From contig DJVP01000008.1 of assembly GCA_002441245.1 (NCBI GenBank), positions 234,540 through 298,539 on the forward strand: DNA of 64,000 nt, given 5' to 3'. The notes beneath the pieces were generated by a model. The model worked only from the letters and a program-made list of their open reading frames with translations, did no database searches and was not told the origin of the DNA. The position numbers and the translations under genes are program-made. This DNA is from Candidatus Omnitrophica bacterium UBA6253 (GTDB lineage Bacteria; Omnitrophota; Gorgyraeia; Gygaellales; Profunditerraquicolaceae). Below are positions 28,794 to 37,213 of the stretch, one piece after another (position 1 is the stretch's first letter; each line of letters begins with the position of its first letter).

Positions 28794-31085
28794 GTGGGTG
28801 TAGTCCATAAATTAAAACCAGAAATAATTCAATTTATTCTTGATAATAAACAAGCCAATCCGCATTTAAGCTGCCGCAGCTTAACTACTATGTTGCTGGA
28901 AAAATTCCAAGTTAAAGTTTCTAAATCAAGTATAAATACTATTTTTAAACAAAACAATTTGAGTATGCCTGTGGGCAGGCGTCAAAAACCAAAGAAAAAG
29001 AAGTTTAATATGCCGGCTTTGCCGGTTATTGAAAGTATTAAGACTAATGCGTCTAACGAGGAGTTTCAGAAAAACACTTTGGAAGAGGGGCCTGAGATTC
29101 AGGAAAAGGCAAAGGGCGAAATTACAGAAGAACAACGTATACAGGAAGCAGAGGGCTGGGCAGAAAAATTATTGGAGAAGGAGCATGAACGGCTTGAGCA
29201 GGAAAGGTTGACCCGAGAGGCTCAGGAAAAAAAATCCGAGAATGATGCGATTGAAGAGGATTTGCTGAGGCTGCAGAAGATACAAGAGGAAGAAGACTTA
29301 AGGCGTGAAGAATTAGCTAGGCTTAAGCTTAAAGAGGAGGCTAAGTCTACAGGGGAGCCGGAAAGATTGGCCCAGGAAGAAGAGGCGCAAAGGAAGGCAG
29401 AAGAAGAAAGGTTTGCTAAAGAAGAAGCTGAGAGAAAAAACGAAGCAGAAAAACTCATCAAGGCAAAAGCCGATGCTGAGCTTAAAGAACAAGAGGCTTT
29501 ACGCAAGATTGAAGAGGAGAGAATGCAGGAGGAGCAGTTGAGGCTGCAGAAGATACAAGAGGAAGAAGACTTAAGGCGTGAAGAATTAGCCATGCTTAAG
29601 CTTAAAGAAGAAACTAGGTTGAGGGAAGAGCAGGAAAAACTGGCCAGGGAAGCGGAATTAAAAGCAGAGCATGAACGTTGGGCGCGGCTATCGGAGGAGG
29701 AAGAGAAAAGAAGAAAAAAAGCATTTAATGCCTCCCAGATTGCCAAAGAGGAGGCTAGTGTTGAGTTTCATGCCGGATCATCGTTACCCAAGGAATGTAC
29801 AGGAGCAGTATTATTAAAAGCAATTGACCATTTGATAAAAGGAAGCGTTCAATTAAGTGAAGCTATCCAGAGAAGGTTAGGTTACCCTAAAGAAGAAGTT
29901 GAGGCATTAACTCAAACTTTGATATTCCAGGATATTGTGGGCAATGAGCCGGGCGCCTTAAGCGCTATAACACGCAATGAAATAAGCACTGATAAGTTAT
30001 CGGGTTATTTTACCCAACTCCAAGAGTTAAAAACCATGAAGCTTGATTTATCGCGCCTTTTGGCAAACATATTTACCCAGAGCCGGGGGATCAAGATGCA
30101 TTTTATCGACGGAAGCGTAGTTTATCTTGATGCACAGATGCATACGGTATGGCCTACTCCTTATATGCCCCATGATTTTTCTGCGACAGTCACCAGCGTA
30201 AAGGATTGCATAAACCGGTATTTCTTTAAGGATGGAAATTTAGTCTTATTTATGGCTCCCGGCTATGACATCCCCACAAAAGAATTCTTTACACTGTTGG
30301 TTAATTTTAATTCAAAACATGAAACGGCAGACAATCTTATTTTATACGGCAATAAACTTGATGAATTAGAAAATATTGCTTTAAACCCAGAAGGAAATCA
30401 TAATCTCCTGTTTGCGTTATGGCCCTGGCAATTTACCGCTTACCGAAAAGTAAAAAGAATCGGTGAATTCAGTTCGCAGTTTGTTGATTGCATGAATAAA
30501 GAATTTTATTTGGCAGAGATTGAAATTGAGCTTGTGCAGCCAACAAACATGCAATCGTTTTCACTAAGGGGATGTGCTATAAAATTAAGTTTGGCCGAGA
30601 AGATACGGCTGGTAGTTTTGAGTACCGATGGGTCCAGGGACCTGGTTTCCCTGGCCAATGATTATCTTTGCCGTTGGCCAAACCTTGATGAAGGTCTCCA
30701 TGATTTTAACCGTAAAATTGAATTATTCAGTTGCACGGGGGAATCTCAACAAGTCTTTGCATATGAAGAGCTGCCAATAGGTAAGAGTGAACCAATTGAT
30801 TTAAAGTCTATTTTCTCAGGTTACTCCGAGGCTTTGGATGCTTATTTGAGATGGCATTTTATGCCGCCTGGATATGAAAAAACAGAATTTAAACTAAACA
30901 GGGAACGTTTTTACAGCCAAAAGGCACAAATAATTCAAGGTAAGGACAAGATACAGTACCTTTTTAGTGTTATTAATGATTATGCCTATGCAAAAGACTT
31001 GGAATATATATGCCGAAGGCTTAATGAAAGGGATATACATACTGATGACGGGCAACGAGTTTGTTTTGAAAGCGGTTTCAAATAA
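28794..31085 (+). CDS. large coiled-coil protein with an N-terminal HTH-like domain and charged E/K/R repeats
   Basis: N-terminal ~60 aa look helix-turn-helix-like. Then ~250 aa of ER/EK heptad-like coiled coil with an internal ~91-aa repeat. The C-terminal ~430 aa domain is unrecognised. Confidence 0.4.
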   Translation: MGVVHKLKPEIIQFILDNKQANPHLSCRSLTTMLLEKFQVKVSKSSINTIFKQNNLSMPVGRRQKPKKKKFNMPALPVIESIKTNASNEEFQKNTLEEGPEIQEKAKGEITEEQRIQEAEGWAEKLLEKEHERLEQERLTREAQEKKSENDAIEEDLLRLQKIQEEEDLRREELARLKLKEEAKSTGEPERLAQEEEAQRKAEEERFAKEEAERKNEAEKLIKAKADAELKEQEALRKIEEERMQEEQLRLQKIQEEEDLRREELAMLKLKEETRLREEQEKLAREAELKAEHERWARLSEEEEKRRKKAFNASQIAKEEASVEFHAGSSLPKECTGAVLLKAIDHLIKGSVQLSEAIQRRLGYPKEEVEALTQTLIFQDIVGNEPGALSAITRNEISTDKLSGYFTQLQELKTMKLDLSRLLANIFTQSRGIKMHFIDGSVVYLDAQMHTVWPTPYMPHDFSATVTSVKDCINRYFFKDGNLVLFMAPGYDIPTKEFFTLLVNFNSKHETADNLILYGNKLDELENIALNPEGNHNLLFALWPWQFTAYRKVKRIGEFSSQFVDCMNKEFYLAEIEIELVQPTNMQSFSLRGCAIKLSLAEKIRLVVLSTDGSRDLVSLANDYLCRWPNLDEGLHDFNRKIELFSCTGESQQVFAYEELPIGKSEPIDLKSIFSGYSEALDAYLRWHFMPPGYEKTEFKLNRERFYSQKAQIIQGKDKIQYLFSVINDYAYAKDLEYICRRLNERDIHTDDGQRVCFESGFK
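29266..29613 (+). repeat. intragenic direct repeat, two ~70-nt copies (52 nt identical) with 273-nt period
   Basis: tgaggctgcagaagatacaagaggaagaagacttaaggcgtgaagaattagc occurs at about 29266 and 29539. Confidence 0.7.
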
Positions 31086-31270
31086 GCCCTAAATTAGCTT
31101 GATTAGCCCATTTTATAATGTTATATTTAAGTGTGATTAAGAGAGGACATAGTCTGTAGGGAGGAGAGAGAAACAGCATGCATACGCCACGGATGCATAA
31201 GAAATTTCTTTTTAGGCAGAGTTTCGTCAGATTTTTTATATTATTTGATATGATGGCTGTGTCTTTGTTA

Positions 31271-31300
31271 GCCCTTGCGCAAAAGGGCTTTTTCTATTTT
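31271..31300 (+). terminator. rho-independent terminator-like hairpin (GCCCTT gcgcaa AAGGGC + TTTTTCTATTTT)
   Basis: 6-bp GC-rich stem, 6-nt loop, U-tract. It lies between the coiled-coil gene and the first pilin gene. Confidence 0.5.
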
Positions 31301-31333
31301 TAGGAGTATTTTCTAACTGTTCCGGAGGATGCA

Positions 31334-31498
31334 ATGAAAAATCCTAGATTTAGAAAAGGGCAAAGCGTTATTGAATACGCCATGCTGATTACTATCGTCG
31401 CTGCGGCTTTAATGGCGATGTCTGTATATATAATGCGTTTAATCAATGTGGGGTCTCAACAAACGCAAAAAGAATTAAATTATTGTTGGAATAAATAA
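31334..31498 (+). CDS. flp: Flp/Fap-family pilin (class III signal peptide), 54 aa
   Basis: MKNPRFRKGQSVIEYAMLITIVAAALMAM. The G-x4-EY Flp motif is followed by a hydrophobic helix. GGAGG SD. Below the ORF-track size cutoff. Confidence 0.7.
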   Translation: MKNPRFRKGQSVIEYAMLITIVAAALMAMSVYIMRLINVGSQQTQKELNYCWNK

Positions 31499-31515
31499 TT
31501 TTAGGAGGTGAGAAA

Positions 31516-31683
31516 ATGAGGAGATTTTGCAAGGGGCAAAGCACGTTGGAGTACGTAATTATTTTAGCAGCTGTAGTAGGGGCGATTATCGCGGTCGCTG
31601 CGGCATTGAAACCAAAATTGACCGGCACTTATGATACGCTGGGTAATAAGATGCAGGATAAGGTGAACGAAGTAAACTTCTAA
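31516..31683 (+). CDS. flp: Flp-family pilin, 55 aa
   Basis: MRRFCKGQSTLEYVIILAAVVGAIIAV. AGGAGGTG SD 5 nt upstream. Confidence 0.7.
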   Translation: MRRFCKGQSTLEYVIILAAVVGAIIAVAAALKPKLTGTYDTLGNKMQDKVNEVNF

Positions 31684-31696
31684 GGAGGTGAATGAA

Positions 31697-32020
31697 ATGT
31701 TGAGGTTAATGCGAAAAGGGCAAAGCACGGCAGAATACGCAATCGTTATCGGCTTAGTTATCGCTGCGGCAGTAGCCATGCAGATTTATGTAAAACGCAG
31801 CCTGCAGGCGAAAGTCAAAGATGCGGTAGATTATAATGATCCGGCAGCGACAATGTTATCCACCAGTCAGTATGAACCGTATTATTTATCGTCCGACATG
31901 ACTAATACCCGTAAAGAATCAACCACTGCTGCTACTACTACTGGTGGTGGAGTTACAAGAACTATTAATGAAGATGAGGCCAACAGGACCGGAACGCAAA
32001 ATATAAGTGCAGTTGAGTAA
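31697..32020 (+). CDS. flp: Flp-family pilin with Thr/Ser-rich C-terminal extension (107 aa)
   Basis: MLRLMRKGQSTAEYAIVIGLVIAAAVAMQ, then a T/S-rich tail (STTAATTTGGGVTRT). The likely start is the ATG at 31697 after AGGAGGTG. The track start (GTG at 31688) lies inside the SD. Confidence 0.7.
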   Translation: MLRLMRKGQSTAEYAIVIGLVIAAAVAMQIYVKRSLQAKVKDAVDYNDPAATMLSTSQYEPYYLSSDMTNTRKESTTAATTTGGGVTRTINEDEANRTGTQNISAVE

Positions 32021-32070
32021 GATTTAAGACAGTATTTACGATTAAGTTACTTTTTAAGGAGGTGAAAGCT

Positions 32071-32376
32071 ATGTTTAGGCGTAGTTCTCGAGGGCAAAGT
32101 ACTTTGGAATATGTTATTTTACTCGGTTTTGTGGTTGCGGCGTTGATTGCTATGGGCATCTATATGAAACGTGGGTTTCAGGGTAAATTGAGGGAATCTA
32201 CTGATCAGATTGGTGAACAATATTCTGCTGGTAATACCACTTCGGAATATACTACTACTACTGACATGCAGCAGAATGAGGTTGTGAGCCCAGGCGGAGT
32301 TTCCACGACGACTATCTCAAAGAATCAGCAGATCCGGACAGGTAGTGAAACAGTTAGTGCGTTAAGCGCGGAATAA
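32071..32376 (+). CDS. flp: Flp-family pilin with Thr/Ser-rich C-terminal extension (101 aa)
   Basis: MFRRSSRGQSTLEYVILLGFVVAALIAMG, then TTTTD...STTTIS. Start after the AAGGAGGTG SD; the track start at 32062 is a GTG inside the SD. Confidence 0.7.
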   Translation: MFRRSSRGQSTLEYVILLGFVVAALIAMGIYMKRGFQGKLRESTDQIGEQYSAGNTTSEYTTTTDMQQNEVVSPGGVSTTTISKNQQIRTGSETVSALSAE

Positions 32377-32412
32377 TAAGAGCTGCGATTAGCATTAATG
32401 AAAGGCTTTGCA

Positions 32413-32565
32413 ATGAGGATAGAACGAAAGAAGGCACAGTCTATACTTGAGTATGTTATTTTGTTTGGGGTACTGACTGCGATGGTAGGGGTTACGCTGA
32501 TTGCTGCCTCTTCCGGTGGCGGGCAATTGCAAAGCGCGCTTAAAAGTTATATTGACGGCAGCTAA
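32413..32565 (+). CDS. flp: Flp-family pilin-like, 50 aa (Ala at the -1 position of the motif)
   Basis: MRIERKKAQSILEYVILFGVLTAMVGVTLIAA. Weak RBS. Confidence 0.55.
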   Translation: MRIERKKAQSILEYVILFGVLTAMVGVTLIAASSGGGQLQSALKSYIDGS

Positions 32566-32612
32566 CGGAGTATCTTAATAAGCGGTTTGAATAAAATCAT
32601 ATAGGCGGTAAA

Positions 32613-32765
32613 GTGAGAAACAAGGCGCAAAGTATAATTGAATATGTGATAATTATCAGCGTGGTTGCAGCTGCGGTTGTAGCTATGCAGACATATTTTA
32701 AGCGGGCAGTTAATGCCCGGCTTGAAGAGATTAAACAGGAGTATGTCCCTAAGGTTGCTTCATAG
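32613..32765 (+). CDS. flp: Flp-family pilin-like, 50 aa (GTG start, Ala at -1)
   Basis: V/MRNKAQSIIEYVIIISVVAAAVVAMQTYFKR. Weak RBS. Confidence 0.5.
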   Translation: MRNKAQSIIEYVIIISVVAAAVVAMQTYFKRAVNARLEEIKQEYVPKVAS

Positions 32766-32815
32766 GACTGAGCGAGAGGATAAAGATTTCCTGTTAATTT
32801 TTAGGAAAAGAAAAT

Positions 32816-33106
32816 ATGTTTATAAAAAAAAGAGGGCAGACACTTCAGGAGTATGTTATATTATTGGCCTTGGTGACTACAGCTTTTATTGCTATGCAGG
32901 CTTATATGAAGCGTGGCGTACAGGGCAGGCTGCGGGATTTGGCTAACCAGATTAGTTCTAAACAGTATGAGCCTAATGATACGACTTCTCAAACCGGAAT
33001 AACGCGATCTGGAAGTTCTACCGAAAAAGAACATTTAGGTACTTATACGAACCAAGGTTCTGATACAACCAAAACCAATTATGAGTCAACTACTGTGGAG
33101 GAATAA
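32816..33106 (+). CDS. flp: Flp-family pilin with Thr/Ser-rich C-terminal extension (96 aa)
   Basis: MFIKKRGQTLQEYVILLALVTTAFIAMQAYMKR, then a S/T-rich tail. Confidence 0.7.
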   Translation: MFIKKRGQTLQEYVILLALVTTAFIAMQAYMKRGVQGRLRDLANQISSKQYEPNDTTSQTGITRSGSSTEKEHLGTYTNQGSDTTKTNYESTTVEE

Positions 33107-34112
33107 AGAGTTGGTATGGGGTAGAAAAGCTCAGGCATTATTAGAATTGGCGTTATTTTTAGGTATTATGCTTATGGTTTTGCTGGCGGCACTGAGCTAT
33201 CAAAGGAATTTGCGCGAACAAAAACTGGCTGATGAAGATGTCTTTGACCAGGCAAAAATTAAAGCCTATAATCATAAATTCACTGAAAAAGATATAGACG
33301 GAGAGACCTTTGAATGCTCCGGCGCGATTGTAAGTTATAGCCTTAATGCTGACCGTCAGGCAACCCGGATCTTCCAGGGGGGGCAGCGTCGCACTGCTGC
33401 CAGCTCCGCTTCAGTGTATTACTCAAACGCAGAAGACCCGCCAAATTTAGAGTATAATTATTACAATTCTACTGATATTAGTAGCGGAGAAGAAGCGAAA
33501 AAGCTATACTATGACCGTCCGGGCGGTACCGAAGATCCGGAAGACGGCTTAAAGCTTTCTACTGCTGATTATTTCTGCGCAGTATACCCGTTGCTTTCTA
33601 CTATGGCCCAGGGGCTCTTTAATTTAGAAGATACCGGTAGCTGGTGGGCAGAATGGGGAAGTTTCCTTGATTTCTCAATCCGTTTAGTTTGTTTCTTATA
33701 TCTTTCTGAACGCATGTATGAAGCCTTGGATAAGATTGAAGAGTCAGAAGCAGAGAGAGATAAACTTGAAGCTCAAGATGAACAAATGGGGGAATGGGGA
33801 TGGCGAGTTTGCGATGAGGTTCATGATGGTTCTTCGCTTGCCGGCAAGAAATATGTCAAAGAGATAACCCCGCAGGTGTATGATATAGAAACTGAGGAAG
33901 ACAAGAGCATTAATTATAATGAAACTCAAGATGCAAATTCAAGTATCCGCTCAGTACTCGTAGGACATAAGGTTAATCGTAAAATTTCGCGTCGTTATGA
34001 TGTAACTGTACCTGATCCAACCTTGCCTTTGGCCAGCCATACATTTGAGAACCTCGGGGAAAAAGAAGTTACTGTAGATTTAAGTGGAGGACAAAGTGAG
34101 ACCTGGAATTAA
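33081..34112 (+). CDS. TadE-like pilin-like protein / minor pilin candidate
   Basis: The N-terminus, WGRKAQALLELALFLGIMLMVLLAAL, has a pilin-like K-A-Q-x-x-x-E motif and a hydrophobic helix. The true start is uncertain: TTG at 33111 follows a GGAGG SD and avoids overlap with the upstream pilin gene. Confidence 0.5.
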   Translation: MSQLLWRNKELVWGRKAQALLELALFLGIMLMVLLAALSYQRNLREQKLADEDVFDQAKIKAYNHKFTEKDIDGETFECSGAIVSYSLNADRQATRIFQGGQRRTAASSASVYYSNAEDPPNLEYNYYNSTDISSGEEAKKLYYDRPGGTEDPEDGLKLSTADYFCAVYPLLSTMAQGLFNLEDTGSWWAEWGSFLDFSIRLVCFLYLSERMYEALDKIEESEAERDKLEAQDEQMGEWGWRVCDEVHDGSSLAGKKYVKEITPQVYDIETEEDKSINYNETQDANSSIRSVLVGHKVNRKISRRYDVTVPDPTLPLASHTFENLGEKEVTVDLSGGQSETWN

Positions 34113-34248
34113 AGATAATAATATAGGAATCTTTCGGCAAAAAGCACAGGTAATTTTAGAAGCAGTGCTTGCTTTGACTATGCTGGTACTATTTATATTA
34201 GGGGCGATGGCTATCTTAAAGAGCGCGAATCAATAGGGAGATTAGTGT

Positions 34249-35568
34249 ATGAATATACTTTTTCATAAAATGCGCACAGGTAAAAAGGGGCAGATTATTG
34301 CTGTTTTGACCCTGGCCCTGGTTATCTTCGTTATTGCCGCCTTCCTTGTGGTAAATTTAGGAAAGACTAAAATCCAGGATAACAAAGTTAAGAATGCTGC
34401 TCAGTCAGGAGTGCTTGCCGGAGGCTCATCCGCCTGCATCATGCTTAATTCTATGGCCAATATTAATGATCAGATGGTCCTGAATTTTGCTGGTTTTACT
34501 CTTATGATACAGCTTTTATTAGTTGCCTGGATCATAGATTTTGTGAAAACTATTATTGTCGCCTATGATGTTCTTATCGCTTATAACTGGGAGGCCGGAG
34601 TAGACCTTGATCTTGCGGTATTGACGCTATGTCTGACCTCTGCGACTATGGCGCTTATGATTGAAGGCGCCACCAAGGTAGGTAATTCAATTAAAAAGAT
34701 GATTGATGAAATAAACGATAAGCTTCCTAAAAATAGCCGGGATTCTGCCCGTCAATACGCTTTCTCAAACGTTGGCGTAGACGAACCCAAGGTGCCATTT
34801 TCTAAATCCGGTTGTTCGGATGCCTGGTGTTATTCATTAATTGAGACAAAATTTGATGAGTTTATGCGTGTGCTTCCGGCAAAAAATAAAGCAGATATGA
34901 ATTATGGCACCAGCACTATAGATTTTGATTGGAATGATTCTCGTACCGAGCATATTATAAATAATAAGATTGAGGTAACGGTTACTCCCGTGCAAAAGGT
35001 GCCTTTTCGCTTGGTAAGATTCGGCGAGGTAGCTAGTGAATCCGGAGAGATTATTGATTATTTAAGCCAACAGTCCACGGGTATTTTGGGGCCTCTTATA
35101 ACGTGGGGAGTATATACAGCCGATATGATTATTATTATGTGTTACTCAATTGCAGTATTGATGGTAGTCCTTTCTGCTTGTTTGGTTGTCGTTGCTGCGA
35201 TTTGTACTATGTGGGCAGCATCCTATTGGACAACTTGTTTTAGCTGCAGTTGGGCTTATTGTGCTTGTTGTTGGGCATGTCCTTTAGGGGCATATTATAC
35301 TTTTGGTGCTACTATGGTGTTAATTGCTGCAGCCCTTGCGGCTTCATTAGTTCTTACTTCTCCCGAGGATATACCTTGTTTTGTCTGGGAGCAAAGGAAG
35401 GAACACCCTCTTCAGGTAGAAGTTACGAGGACTACTAATCCGTCAAGTGTAAATTATGGCATATATACTACGGATTGGCCGGTTCATAAGCAATCAGCAT
35501 CCGGGATAGTTAAGGATGGGACCATATTTCCTCCGAATCAAAATTTTGATATTATACCAAATTTTTGA
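34249..35568 (+). CDS. TadG-like protein (TadE/G N-terminal domain) with Cys-rich hydrophobic C-terminal region
   Basis: KKGQIIAVLTLALVIFVIAAFLVVNLGKTKIQDNKVKNAAQSGVLAGG matches the TadG N-terminal pattern (...LQNAADAAALAGA). The C-terminus has CFSCSWAYCACCWACPLG inside hydrophobic segments. Confidence 0.55.
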   Translation: MNILFHKMRTGKKGQIIAVLTLALVIFVIAAFLVVNLGKTKIQDNKVKNAAQSGVLAGGSSACIMLNSMANINDQMVLNFAGFTLMIQLLLVAWIIDFVKTIIVAYDVLIAYNWEAGVDLDLAVLTLCLTSATMALMIEGATKVGNSIKKMIDEINDKLPKNSRDSARQYAFSNVGVDEPKVPFSKSGCSDAWCYSLIETKFDEFMRVLPAKNKADMNYGTSTIDFDWNDSRTEHIINNKIEVTVTPVQKVPFRLVRFGEVASESGEIIDYLSQQSTGILGPLITWGVYTADMIIIMCYSIAVLMVVLSACLVVVAAICTMWAASYWTTCFSCSWAYCACCWACPLGAYYTFGATMVLIAAALAASLVLTSPEDIPCFVWEQRKEHPLQVEVTRTTNPSSVNYGIYTTDWPVHKQSASGIVKDGTIFPPNQNFDIIPNF

Positions 35569-35610
35569 TATAATATTTGATAGTTAAAAGAAAAGAAAGG
35601 AAAGGAAGTT

Positions 35611-36405
35611 ATGATGAAGCAAAAAGCCTTCTGCTTAAGACTATTTTTTATTATTTCTTTTGTCCTGTTTTTATCTGAAACGGTTTTTGCCGAAGTACCA
35701 ATTCCCTGGGGAGCAAAACTTATAAGGGATGATGTAGCAGTTGCCGGCAACGGAGAAGAAAGAAAAATAGCTTCTTATGAAACAAAGGCCAGTAAACAGG
35801 AGTTGCTTAATTATTATCTTAGAGAGATGCCCGGGCGGGGTTATAGATTATTTATGAATGGCGAGCAAAACCTTGTTTTTAGTAAAGCAGAAGAATTAGT
35901 TATTGTGGTTGTGCCTTCAACCCAGGCTGGTAAAACCAGTTTTATGGTTAGTACCGCTCCCATGAAAACTCTCCTTGGCAAGGATAGCTCTTATAGCGCA
36001 GGGGTTAGTTGCGAGCCTATTCCTTCTGTTCCTGTGTATTCTGGGGCACGTTGCATGAATTCAACACGTTTAAAATCAGGTGGGTCAAGATCGGTAGCGT
36101 ATTCTATCGAAGAACCTATTAGTGTTGTGCTTGATTTCTATCGCAATCAAATGCCACGATATGGCTGGCAATTAGAGAAAGAAAATAACCTTGAAGACAT
36201 TATGTCTAAGGTTACGCCGGGGCAACAGCAGACGAAAATTACTCCGGAGCAACAGGCAGCGATGCGTAATCTTCTTGGAAGCGCGCATGGGATGTTTTTT
36301 GCTAATCAAAAAGGAAACAGTTGTTTTGTGCAAGTAATGAATAATCCGACAAATAAAGAGGCCTCTATAGCTAGTATTATCTATGAAGATAAGACATCAA
36401 AATAA
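35611..36405 (+). CDS. secreted hypothetical protein
   Basis: Signal peptide MMKQKAFCLRLFFIISFVLFLSETVFA. No motif recognised. Confidence 0.4.
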   Translation: MMKQKAFCLRLFFIISFVLFLSETVFAEVPIPWGAKLIRDDVAVAGNGEERKIASYETKASKQELLNYYLREMPGRGYRLFMNGEQNLVFSKAEELVIVVVPSTQAGKTSFMVSTAPMKTLLGKDSSYSAGVSCEPIPSVPVYSGARCMNSTRLKSGGSRSVAYSIEEPISVVLDFYRNQMPRYGWQLEKENNLEDIMSKVTPGQQQTKITPEQQAAMRNLLGSAHGMFFANQKGNSCFVQVMNNPTNKEASIASIIYEDKTSK

Positions 36406-37174
36406 TAAATTATCCCAGTCAACAATGGCCTACATAATATTTATCATTATTTTAATTGGGGCCTTTTCAGTTATGATACCTAAAATCCGGCAGAGATTGC
36501 AGGCTTCCTATAAAGAATCTGCTGATACCTTTGGCGAAGGCAGGCAGTTTGGCTCTCTTTCTACTTCTGGCGGTGTTGCTCCGTTTGTATTCCCGGTTTT
36601 GCCCGGCAGCGGGCAGATTGATGTGCCTACTCCTCCTCCTGTTGATAATCCCGAGTGTGATCCGGACTATTTGAATTCTTTATTACAGGAGGCGTTAAAC
36701 AAGCAAGAGATTTTCTCGAATTTATCTCAAGAGGCAGGCGATGCCAATTCAGCAGCAATCAAAGCGGAAGAAGAAGAGGAAGCAGCAAAAGAAGCGGCTC
36801 GTATCGCTAAAGAAGAAGCAATCCAGGCTCGAGAGGAAGCTACTGCTGCCCGCCAAGCAGCTAATGCTAAACAGTCAGAATGTAATGATTGTAAATATGG
36901 GGAATGGGGTTTTGGGGTTTGGGGAGGTTGTGAAGCTATCTGTGATGAGGCTGAAAGTTTAGCAGAGGAGGCTACGATAAAAGAAGGTGTAGCTACAGAG
37001 AAAGAAGGAATAGCTGTTGAGAAGGAGGCAATCTCTCAGCAGAAACAGGCAAAAGCCCGTGAATTAGAAGGAATAGCAATTGAAAAGACACAAATAGCTG
37101 CACAGGCGGGAGAAGAAGCAGCGGCTGCTGCTGAAGCATTGCAGAAGGCAAATGCAGACTGTCTTGGCGCATAG
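36383..37174 (+). CDS. pilin-like hypothetical protein with degenerate class III signal-like N-terminus, coiled coil and C-terminal Cys cluster
   Basis: KLSQSTMAYIIFIIILIGAFSV resembles the KGQSTLEYVIL pilin motif but lacks the Gly and Glu. An EEEEAAKEAARIAKEEA coiled coil is followed by CNDCKYGEWGFGVWGGCEAIC. The start is uncertain (alternative ATG at 36425). Confidence 0.35.
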   Translation: MKIRHQNNKLSQSTMAYIIFIIILIGAFSVMIPKIRQRLQASYKESADTFGEGRQFGSLSTSGGVAPFVFPVLPGSGQIDVPTPPPVDNPECDPDYLNSLLQEALNKQEIFSNLSQEAGDANSAAIKAEEEEEAAKEAARIAKEEAIQAREEATAARQAANAKQSECNDCKYGEWGFGVWGGCEAICDEAESLAEEATIKEGVATEKEGIAVEKEAISQQKQAKARELEGIAIEKTQIAAQAGEEAAAAAEALQKANADCLGA

Positions 37175-37213
37175 TAATGTCAATATTAACACCAATAATT
37201 TAAAATAATAAAT

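Noticed and set aside
29222-29746. Minus-strand 174-aa ORF rich in Ser/Leu/Ala.
   Set aside because: It is antisense to the E/K/R coiled-coil repeat region of the 28794-31085 gene. The low-complexity translation is the mirror image of GAA/GAG/AAG-rich sense codons.
31443-32946. Minus-strand ORFs 31443-31628, 31564-31779 and 31965-32159, and plus-strand ORF 32713-32946, overlapping the pilin array.
   Set aside because: They are antisense or off-frame to the well-supported Flp pilin genes, which have the class III signal motifs and SD sequences. The overlapping ORFs have no RBS or motif support.
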